IMG/VR virus record: IMGVR_UViG_3300020045_015196
Span: 1-26,963 of that record
DNA: 26,963 nucleotides
DNA from: a virus
Lineage: Duplodnaviria > Caudoviricetes
Reading direction: 5' to 3' (one strand)
Both the position numbers and the translations under genes were made by a program. Positions 19,601 through 25,766 of this stretch are shown in pieces. How positions within the stretch are numbered: the stretch's first letter is position 1; the number at the start of each line of letters is the position of its first letter. A model generated the notes under the pieces. That model had not been told where the DNA came from. It ran no database searches and was given only the letters and a program-made list of their open reading frames with translations.

Positions 19601-19930
19601 GATTATATATTATTAACATATAGACCCCAAATTGGAAATTATTTAAAAGGAACAAACAAAGGTTCGTCAATAGATTTAATAAATGCTGTTAATCAAATAG
19701 GATATGAATGGGCTTCAATGCCTGTAATATCTAAATCTAATGGGGGGCTTGTAGTTGGAAACATTATAACAGGATTTGGGCAAACTACAAACTATGGTGG
19801 GTCTGGGGGAAATCCATCTCAAGCTAAAGTAGATATAAAAACAATAGCAAATTCATTGATAAAAACTAGAATAGAATATAGTGGTAAAACTCCTATATTT
19901 ATACCAACATATTATAATCCCTTCCTTTAA
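16700..19930 (+). CDS. Baseplate hub-like protein with C-terminal lysozyme-like (lambda R / GH104-type) domain (1076 aa)
   Basis: N-terminal PMPGITS...LEWGH...NYDAM.G.ISNF.W hub-like region. C-terminal YES...ASGRFQIIPST...SP.NQEK...EWASMP lysozyme motifs. Confidence 0.8.
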   Translation: MADKFTNIAGGAFLPYVVKQIENRKKFVEEFNNKRENKHLVYFNNKNAWIRLTSCVDVTESHPLFAEYGLSGAALAKKYILQGGTVQNNDGTITNRSGVESNGSYNMLSNKPLGFKPMPGITSIDLSSAGKLGTLQYATIKFIAYDIKQLELMDALYMKLGFSLVLEWGHTIYLDENSNISTPKPLDVFSYSTKEQLVKAIQKKRVEHSSNYDAMVGTISNFGWESQDDGSYICDIKLVGAGDILDSLKINQAVNKNTNFLSQPVNTGDDAEKQDLTSQIADKDLSVLNKALFSIWQQVTKQTPKESKITVVGTNTPSYRKVLNKIYNNTPYKFISFNDNGDLVGDEISLKGNHYSLISELNKNNGGDASFIPNISKTLFTSIGIPYQITDNEGNGDGEKQVYITLGHFLALVTSTGMVYNKSGDSIKPHIYIDFNDSLNYCATFKGQMSMDPRICIIPRNQNNLDDPFGLGIIEDKLFNDIGGIVVEKEVEITTSGGSTYGPPSRTLETKYISEKKPNGFVNNYLNITSEEKEIRARMMCLLININYITDVLRNHREKDGKGDVFFSEFITSILDGISKSLCGFNEFRVIVDDSNKCARIIDDNKLSLQKELEDPTQYTEIPILGNKSIVYNYNFQSKISPKMASMVTIAAQAQPSTLGEDTFAISNLSRGLIDRTSEEKTTSNNNPQSPKPKSQQPTTQSEDNLKTLTQHLQNIMGSDGRSLNINVSAIDPSINTYRGILSEYRITQDSTNKGSIIIPLDFNITMDGISGIIPNSAFTIPPNLLPSSYKTKDNLPKIAFIIHNISQVFDNNKWTTKITGQTINIRFDKDDIKTYTNYNQSIDSGLVSSIPNLSNPYNIILTIPSNIVETNKSLTKLKNIIGNYESGNNYGVANTGGDGVRSSTNVNGISFNSLKTFQNISNDSDRRRVFASGRFQIIPSTMDSIKLSLGLKNNDRYSPINQEKMGDYILLTYRPQIGNYLKGTNKGSSIDLINAVNQIGYEWASMPVISKSNGGLVVGNIITGFGQTTNYGGSGGNPSQAKVDIKTIANSLIKTRIEYSGKTPIFIPTYYNPFL

Positions 19931-19932
19931 TC

Positions 19933-20547
19933 ATGCCTTATTACCCAAAATCGAGATTTATTACTGATTTAAAAGCAAATTATGGAGAATTTAAAACTCC
20001 AGATGGAAAAAACTATGTTGGAGACTATTTTACAACTTATGATGGAATTAGTTATACCGGGAAGAATCCACAAGATGTTAAAGTAATATTATTGACTAAA
20101 GTTACCCAAATAAATCAAGAACAATCTAGATTAGTTATTAGTAAAGATAATATAATATTTAATCAATTAAATAAAGGAGAAATAAATATAACCGAATTAA
20201 AAGAACCTAATATATTTTATCCTAACCCATCAACAGAAGACTTTAAAAATCAAAAAATAACTAGATATTTTGCAAAACAAAGAACAGTAAGACAATTCCA
20301 AATAATAGAAATAGATAAACTAACGTATGAAGATTTATCATCATTAGGAGGAATTTATAACTACCCATTATGGAAGCCGATATCATTATTGTGGAGGATA
20401 TCAGAATCATTGAGTAAAGATAAAACAACTCATAAATTTCAAGAAACAGTAAAAGGAACCAACCAACGGATAGTAGATCTTAAAGAAAAATCATTTTCGG
20501 GGATAAAGCAATATCTAACTAATCTAGAACAATTTTCTAAACCTTAA
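19933..20547 (+). CDS. Hypothetical baseplate-region protein (204 aa)
   Basis: Last gene of the tail cluster (MPYYPKS..., YP.P...DF....ITRYF.K). An ATATTTATA motif at 19895-19903 lies 29 nt upstream, inside the hub gene. Confidence 0.75.
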   Translation: MPYYPKSRFITDLKANYGEFKTPDGKNYVGDYFTTYDGISYTGKNPQDVKVILLTKVTQINQEQSRLVISKDNIIFNQLNKGEINITELKEPNIFYPNPSTEDFKNQKITRYFAKQRTVRQFQIIEIDKLTYEDLSSLGGIYNYPLWKPISLLWRISESLSKDKTTHKFQETVKGTNQRIVDLKEKSFSGIKQYLTNLEQFSKP

Positions 20548-20578
20548 TTTGGAGGTTCAAAATAAGTTCATATATTTA
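20548..20578 (+). promoter_or_regulatory. Bacteroidota-type sigma70 promoter (-33 TTTG / -7 TATATTTA)
   Basis: TTTG 20548-20551, 19-nt spacer, TATATTTA 20571-20578 (consensus TTTG-N19-21-TAnnTTTG). Confidence 0.65.
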
Positions 20579-20593
20579 CTCAAAATTCAAATT

Positions 20594-20743
20594 ATGACAA
20601 ATAAAAAATCTTTGCTAATACATCAATCACAAATTTTTGTATTATATGTGTTCTTATGGGCATCTTTCTGGAATATCCCTTTCTTTATTAAAACAGAGAA
20701 TAGAAATAAGTATAGATATCATTATGAATACGTTATAGGATAA
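20594..20743 (+). CDS. Small putative membrane protein (49 aa)
   Basis: ATG 20594 follows the promoter and an A-rich leader. Hydrophobic IFVLYVFLWASFWNIPFFI segment. Own terminator downstream. Confidence 0.5.
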   Translation: MTNKKSLLIHQSQIFVLYVFLWASFWNIPFFIKTENRNKYRYHYEYVIG

Positions 20744-20747
20744 ATTT

Positions 20748-20772
20748 AAGACCTTCAATGAAGGTCTTTTTT
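20748..20772 (+). terminator. Intrinsic terminator
   Basis: AAGACCTTC-AAT-GAAGGTCTT followed by TTTT; stem similar to the one at 10003. Confidence 0.8.
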
Positions 20773-20784
20773 AATCAAAATATG

Positions 20785-20796
20785 TTCGTATATTTA
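20785..20796 (+). promoter_or_regulatory. Putative promoter -7 element TTCGTATATTTA upstream of the polymerase gene
   Basis: Same extended element as at 20567-20578 and 21964-21975; no clear -33 TTTG. Confidence 0.5.
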
Positions 20797-20811
20797 AGTA
20801 AATAAAAAGTT

Positions 20812-22149
20812 ATGTACTGGTTAATAGAAGAAAAAGAACAATTAGAAAGATTATCATATAATAAACCCTGTTTTATTTCTGTAATTCCCCTAAACCATAA
20901 CTACCACCCCAAATTAACTGAGGTTTCATTAATTTATTATAAAGTTGAAGGTCATAAGGGTTATATTTTTCCAATCAATCATAATGATGGGATAGGAATA
21001 GAATTAAATTTGGTAAAGGAGTTTATATTAAAACATCCAAATATTTATATATTAGATAAAAAGAAATCAATATATTTTTTAGGGGAAGAATTTTTAGATT
21101 CTAAAATAATAGATATAAATTTGCTTCATCTTGAAAATAATATAAACGGTTTAGAAATACCTGATTATAAATCAATAGTCGCGAATTATATTGAAGGATC
21201 TTTTAAAACAAACCCAAATCTAAATTCTTATATTCCTATAACCAAACATTATGAGGAGCAAGATTTAATATACAATTTTATTAAGAAATATGTTGGTAAT
21301 CAATTCAAATCAACGTATTATAACACGGATTATATAGAAGTCATGTACCGTGTCGAAAATGAAGGGATGTCGCTTGATAATAATTGTTTTGAACAACACT
21401 ATTCCATAAAACACCCACAATTGTCTATAAAAGATAATAAAATTTTTACCCAATATAATTTATATAATTTTACCTCTCGTCCGTCTAATTCATTTAATGG
21501 AGTTAATTTCGGCGCATTGAAGAAGAATGATGGTACTAGAGAATTTATAATACCTAGTGAAGATTATTTATTTGAATTTGATATGAATTCATATCATCTT
21601 TTCCTATCTGCTAAAATAATTGGTTTTGATTTACCTCAAGGTGATATACATACAGAATTTGGAAAATCATATTTCAATAAAGAAGAATTATCTGAAGAAG
21701 AATATAAGGAAAGTAAACAACTATCATTTAAACAAATGAATGGTGGTGTATTTTCTCAATACAAACACGTACCTTTTTGGAATAAATTGGAAAACCATAT
21801 CAAACAATTATGGGAACAAATACAAGAACAAGGTCATGTAGAATTAGTGGGGGGTAGACAAATAAAATTATCTGAAATCCCCAACCCAACACCACAAAAA
21901 TGTTGGAATTATATAATTCAGAGTTCAGAAACTTATTATAATATTTTGATTTTAAAAGATTTGTTCGTATATTTGAGGGATAAAAAAAGTAAAATCATTC
22001 TATATTCATACGACGCCTTTCTTATTAATTATATTAATGAGGATGGAAAAAATATTCTAAAAGAAATAAAACGAATAATAGAGGCACAGGGTTTTAAATC
22101 AAGTGTTAGTTATGGGATTAATTACAATAGTTTGAGGAAAATTAAATAA
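20812..22149 (+). CDS. polA: Short, divergent family A DNA polymerase-like protein (445 aa)
   Basis: TSRPSN..N..NF (T.GRLSS..PNLQN equivalent), motif A FEFDMNSYHL, GDIH, motif B KQLSFKQMNGG, NYIIQS, motif C LYSYDAFL. Confidence 0.8.
   Translation: MYWLIEEKEQLERLSYNKPCFISVIPLNHNYHPKLTEVSLIYYKVEGHKGYIFPINHNDGIGIELNLVKEFILKHPNIYILDKKKSIYFLGEEFLDSKIIDINLLHLENNINGLEIPDYKSIVANYIEGSFKTNPNLNSYIPITKHYEEQDLIYNFIKKYVGNQFKSTYYNTDYIEVMYRVENEGMSLDNNCFEQHYSIKHPQLSIKDNKIFTQYNLYNFTSRPSNSFNGVNFGALKKNDGTREFIIPSEDYLFEFDMNSYHLFLSAKIIGFDLPQGDIHTEFGKSYFNKEELSEEEYKESKQLSFKQMNGGVFSQYKHVPFWNKLENHIKQLWEQIQEQGHVELVGGRQIKLSEIPNPTPQKCWNYIIQSSETYYNILILKDLFVYLRDKKSKIILYSYDAFLINYINEDGKNILKEIKRIIEAQGFKSSVSYGINYNSLRKIK
21945..21975 (+). 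promoter_or_regulatory. Exact Bacteroidota sigma70 consensus promoter inside the polA-like gene
   Basis: TTTG 21945-21948, 19-nt spacer, TATATTTG 21968-21975. Would drive the small-ORF cluster starting at 22160. Confidence 0.6.
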
Positions 22150-22159
22150 AATTAAATAT

Positions 22160-22309
22160 ATGAATGAGAGATTAATAGAAAAAACGGGAAGTAATGGAGA
22201 AACTTATTTAATTAATAATCCTGATTGTTATGATGAAGATGGAAGTTTTATTAAACAAAGAAATCCTATGACTCATTTAACTCCCAAAAAGAAAAAAAGG
22301 AAAAAATAA
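22160..22309 (+). CDS. 49-aa ORF with a highly basic C-terminus (not in ORF track)
   Basis: MNERLIEKTGSNGETYLINNPDCYDEDGSFIKQRNPMTHLTPKKKKRKK*. Fills the gap between genes and has an A-rich leader. Confidence 0.7.
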   Translation: MNERLIEKTGSNGETYLINNPDCYDEDGSFIKQRNPMTHLTPKKKKRKK

Positions 22310-22314
22310 AGTTA

Positions 22315-22635
22315 ATGGGAAATATAAATAAAGAATATCAATTAATAATAAGTAAGTGTAAATTTATATCAAAACCAAATGAATGGTTTATTGAAGGTAG
22401 TGAAGTGGAATGTGTTGATAAATGTAATTATTGTGAATATAAAGAAAATGATAAATTTAATATCGGTTTCTCCTTATTTCATGGGTATACAAATGAGATT
22501 TATAAAGATTATAAAGGTGAGTTACCAAGACCTGATGGTGAAATATGTTCATTTGATGAATTCTTGATATTTGATAATTTAGATAATGAAATTTCTGAAT
22601 TAACATTAGAAGAATATAAAATTTTAATAAAATAA
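22315..22635 (+). CDS. Hypothetical protein (106 aa)
   Basis: Acidic, Cys-containing ORF tightly packed in the operon. Confidence 0.7.
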   Translation: MGNINKEYQLIISKCKFISKPNEWFIEGSEVECVDKCNYCEYKENDKFNIGFSLFHGYTNEIYKDYKGELPRPDGEICSFDEFLIFDNLDNEISELTLEEYKILIK

Positions 22636-22653
22636 CAAACTAAAATAAAGCTT

Positions 22654-23106
22654 ATGCAAACTACCTACTCCGACGATATATTTATTGATGGAAATCACAA
22701 TTTTATGTCTCAAAATATCAAATCAAAGTTATTTACAACTTTCACACTACCAGAGAACTTGGATCAAACTATCCAAGATATAACTAGTCAATATTCTATT
22801 TTATTCAACAAAATATTTGTTTTAGAAGTAGAAGGTAAAGACGAACTTATATGCACGTATAATATTGATCAATTTAATATTTCTGATAAAGTAATACCAA
22901 ACACTATTTTACTTCATCGTAAAAAAGAATACAACGTATTATATAGTATTAATTCATTAAATACCCTAATTCAGGAACTGAATGGTGGTAAAATTGATAC
23001 TCAATATGAAATTAATTGGGAAGATTATAAAAATTCTATTTTATTAGTACAAGATGGTGTATTGAAAAAAATGTCAACAATAAGTCATAAAATAATTACT
23101 TTGTAA
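22654..23106 (+). CDS. Hypothetical phage protein (150 aa; alternative start ATG 22705)
   Basis: KLFTTF...NKIFVL...TYNID...NTILLHRKKEYNVLYSINSLN..I..LNGG..D....INW. An ATATTTATT motif at 22678-22686 precedes ATG 22705. Confidence 0.8.
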   Translation: MQTTYSDDIFIDGNHNFMSQNIKSKLFTTFTLPENLDQTIQDITSQYSILFNKIFVLEVEGKDELICTYNIDQFNISDKVIPNTILLHRKKEYNVLYSINSLNTLIQELNGGKIDTQYEINWEDYKNSILLVQDGVLKKMSTISHKIITL

Positions 23107-23489
23107 TGAATAAAGAGATTAAAAGACTGCAATAATTAGGAGGACTTAATGAAATTAAAATAAATAATCCAAGAGATGTATTTAGTGTTACTGAATTAGG
23201 TAAACAAGATTTAGCAGATTTTATACAATTACAACAATTATCCAAAAAATTTGGGGTAAATGAAATATTAAATGATGATGGTCCTGAATCTGAAAGATTT
23301 AGAATGGCTCAACATTTAGATATATTTAGTGATGATAGAGGAGAAGGTATTATCGATATTAATAAAACGAATACATTAGAAGGATATTTACAACGTAATG
23401 AAGATATTTGGGGAAATGATGAAAATGATGCTAAAGAAATTCTTAAAGACTTTATAAAAATGGGATATGTAACTCCAATTAAATTATAA
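23106..23489 (+). pseudogene. RLQQLAG-leader family protein 2, interrupted by an in-frame TAA at codon 10
   Basis: ATG 23106 overlaps the upstream TAA. Reads MNKEIKRLQ*LGGLNEIKINNPRDVF... and continues in frame into the ORF-track ORF 23304-23489. TAA is at 23133-23135, where the paralogs have CAA. Confidence 0.8.
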
Positions 23490-23764
23490 TGAACGAAATA
23501 AAAAGACTCCAACAACTAGCTGGGATACTTACGGAAATAAAAGTAATTGACCCCTCTCCAATAAAAGATGGAGATAGAGTAGAAATATTAGTTAATATTT
23601 ATACTGATGGAGAACAAGCTATTCCTGAATATGAATTAGAAGATATTGATGAATATCCATTGTATATAATTAAAGGGGATGTTGGAATTTATGAAGATGG
23701 GATGTTTGAATCAGATGAAGGGGGTAATACTAGAATTGATCCAAAATATCTAAAAAATATCTAA
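23489..23764 (+). CDS. RLQQLAG-leader family protein 3 (91 aa, very acidic)
   Basis: MNEIKRLQQLAGILTEIKVIDP leader, then IKDGDRVEILV (SH3/KOW-like start) and a D/E-rich body. Confidence 0.85.
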   Translation: MNEIKRLQQLAGILTEIKVIDPSPIKDGDRVEILVNIYTDGEQAIPEYELEDIDEYPLYIIKGDVGIYEDGMFESDEGGNTRIDPKYLKNI

Positions 23765-23789
23765 AAAAGATATAAACAAAATAAAAATT

Positions 23790-23891
23790 ATGATAAATAT
23801 AAAAACTAATTGTTGGGAAGAAGATAATACTTCTAATCCAGAGTATGATGAAAACTACATAGAACAAGATAATGATAACCCTTGGGCTTAA
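23790..23891 (+). CDS. 33-aa acidic peptide (not in ORF track)
   Basis: MINIKTNCWEEDNTSNPEYDENYIEQDNDNPWA*. Leader AAAATAAAAATTATG resembles other genes; followed by a terminator. Confidence 0.55.
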   Translation: MINIKTNCWEEDNTSNPEYDENYIEQDNDNPWA

Positions 23892-23925
23892 TAGTATTAA
23901 ATTAATTTCTATAATATAAATAAAT

Positions 23926-23951
23926 GAGGATAATAATTTATCCTCTTTTTT
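23926..23951 (+). terminator. Intrinsic terminator
   Basis: GAGGATAA-TAAT-TTATCCTC followed by TTTTTT. Confidence 0.85.
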
Positions 23952-23960
23952 ACCCTAATA

Positions 23961-23992
23961 TTTGGATACTCAAAACTTCCTTTGTATATTAT
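23961..23992 (+). promoter_or_regulatory. Bacteroidota-like promoter upstream of the SSB gene
   Basis: TTTG 23961-23964, 20-nt spacer, TATATTAT 23985-23992. Confidence 0.55.
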
Positions 23993-24029
23993 AACATAAT
24001 AAATAAGTAATCAATTAATTTTTTTAAAT

Positions 24030-24830
24030 ATGGATTTGAAAACAATCACGAATAGATTAGAATCTATTCAAAACCCAAAAAAAGGCAACAGTTCCAAAAA
24101 TGCTGAAGAAAAAGCGAAGATCTTTTGGAAAGCCCCTCTAGGGAAATCATTACTTCGTTTTGTTCCTTTAAAAACAAACCCTGAAAATCCTTTTATCGAA
24201 TTGTATTTTCACTATCAATTTGGTAAAAAAACTATCATCTCCCCAATTAACTTTGGTGAAAAAGACCCGATGATGGAATTTGCTAAAAATTTAGGAAAAT
24301 CGTCTGATCCTGAAGATTGGAAATTAGCTAAAAAAATCAAACCTAAAATGAGAGTATTTGCCCCTGTTATTGTAAGAGGTGAAGAAGATAAAGGTGTTAG
24401 ATTCTATGAATTTGGTACTCAAATCTATACTACTTTGATGGGATTGGCTGCTGATGAAGAAATTGGTGATTTTACTGATGTAATTAATGGTCTTGATTTT
24501 AAATTAGATGTAGTACAAGGTGCTACCTATAAAGAATCTACAATTAGACCTGCAATGAAACAGTCTCCACTTTCTAAAGATCCATCTCAAGTTGAAGATT
24601 GGTTAAGTAATCAACCAGACCCAATTGGTTTTTACTCAAGATTTACTTTTGATGAAATGAAAGGTTTTCTAGAAGATTGGTTAAACCCAGATAAAGAAGA
24701 AGAAAAAACAGTTGTTACTACTGAAAAAGCAAATGCATTTCCTTCTGAACCTGGTGATGTAGTTACTGCCTCTACTAAAAAGAGAGACGTAGTTACTGCG
24801 AACGAGTTTGATGACTTGTTCAAAGATTAA
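24030..24830 (+). CDS. Single-stranded DNA-binding protein (T4 gp32-like)
   Basis: FWK...GK..LRFVP, PF.E.YFHY, SP..FGEKDP, R.FAPVIVRGEE.KGVR.YEFG, GDFTD...G.D motifs and an acidic tail EFDDLFKD. Directly upstream of the recombinase. Confidence 0.85.
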   Translation: MDLKTITNRLESIQNPKKGNSSKNAEEKAKIFWKAPLGKSLLRFVPLKTNPENPFIELYFHYQFGKKTIISPINFGEKDPMMEFAKNLGKSSDPEDWKLAKKIKPKMRVFAPVIVRGEEDKGVRFYEFGTQIYTTLMGLAADEEIGDFTDVINGLDFKLDVVQGATYKESTIRPAMKQSPLSKDPSQVEDWLSNQPDPIGFYSRFTFDEMKGFLEDWLNPDKEEEKTVVTTEKANAFPSEPGDVVTASTKKRDVVTANEFDDLFKD

Positions 24831-24837
24831 TTTTATT

Positions 24838-24857
24838 TCCCTCCCTTAGGGGAGGGA
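24838..24857 (+). terminator. GC-rich hairpin between SSB and recombinase genes (terminator, attenuator or RNA stability element)
   Basis: TCCCTCCC-TTAG-GGGAGGGA followed by TTAATTTATTT (imperfect U tract). Confidence 0.6.
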
Positions 24858-24875
24858 TTAATTTATTTAAAAATT

Positions 24876-25766
24876 ATGGCAAAACCAAAAAGTCTGTCCT
24901 CAGAGTTGGGGACAAAAGTAAACTCTTCATTTTCTTTAGATAAGTTTAAAACTGGAAAAAACTTAGGTAGTTCCAATTCTAATTATAAACCACAAGAATG
25001 GATTAAGTTCTCTGAATCAATGCAAGAGGTATTACAAGTTCCTGGTATTCCAAAAGGTCATACAACTTTGATTAGAGGTCGAAGTAATACTGGAAAAACA
25101 ACCCTTCTTATAGAACAAGCAGTCCAAGCCCAAAAAGATGGAATCCTTCCTGTAATTATTATTACAGAAATGAAACACTCTTGGGAACATTGGGAAACTA
25201 TGGGATTCGATTTGGGTAGAGAAGTAGACAAAGATGGAAACACATCTTATAATGGGTTCTTCATATATGTCGATTCAGAAAGACTAAAATGCATTGAAGA
25301 TGTTGCAGAGTTCATCATGGATATGTTGAATGAACAGAAAAAAGGAAATTTACCACACGATTTGTTGTTTTTATGGGATTCTATTGGATCTATTCCGTGT
25401 AGAATGAGTATAGAAAAAAGTTCTAATAGTCCTATGTGGAATGCTGCCGCACTTTCACAACAATTCGCAAATTTTGTTAATCAACAAATAGTATTATCAC
25501 GAAAAGAGTCACAACCATATACAAACAGTGCACTTTATGTAAATAAAATTTGGATTGAACCAGCTTTAATGCCTATGGCTCAACCTAAAATGAAAAACAA
25601 AAATGGTGATTCAATGTATTATGATTGTTCTATGGCTATTACTTTTGGTAATATAACAAGTGATGGTACACAAAAATTGAATGTAACTAAGGATAAACGT
25701 GTAATTGAGTGGGGTTTAAAAACTAAAGTTCAAGTAGATAAAAATCACTTACAGAAATTTTGGTAA
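24876..25766 (+). CDS. recA: RecA/UvsX-like recombinase, C-terminally truncated at an inversion junction (~25748)
   Basis: Walker A GRSNTGKT, Walker B LFLWDSIG, KVQVDKNH. The final LQKFW* comes from antisense helicase sequence. Confidence 0.85.
   Translation: MAKPKSLSSELGTKVNSSFSLDKFKTGKNLGSSNSNYKPQEWIKFSESMQEVLQVPGIPKGHTTLIRGRSNTGKTTLLIEQAVQAQKDGILPVIIITEMKHSWEHWETMGFDLGREVDKDGNTSYNGFFIYVDSERLKCIEDVAEFIMDMLNEQKKGNLPHDLLFLWDSIGSIPCRMSIEKSSNSPMWNAAALSQQFANFVNQQIVLSRKESQPYTNSALYVNKIWIEPALMPMAQPKMKNKNGDSMYYDCSMAITFGNITSDGTQKLNVTKDKRVIEWGLKTKVQVDKNHLQKFW

Noticed and set aside
8335-19930. Bacterial contractile injection system (eCIS/tailocin/T6SS) instead of a phage
   Set aside because: The tail genes are contiguous with phage-type SSB, recombinase, helicase and polymerase genes, with phage-like gene density and no bacterial housekeeping context.
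20549-20593. ORF-track TTG start of the 64-aa ORF
   Set aside because: It overlaps the predicted promoter elements; ATG 20594 is more plausible.
23133-23135. Genome-wide stop-codon reassignment (TAA to Gln) suggested by the in-frame TAA
   Set aside because: TAA is the normal terminator of nearly every gene here, and long genes are intact under the standard code. A single instance is better explained by mutation or error.
1253-25243. Short ORF-track ORFs antisense or out of frame to real genes (1253-1447, 5326-5649, 11113-11370, 11421-11627, 22379-22567, 23309-23515, 24632-24823, 25058-25243)
   Set aside because: They are nested within or overlap well-supported plus-strand genes, have no recognisable motifs, and are consistent with shadow ORFs.
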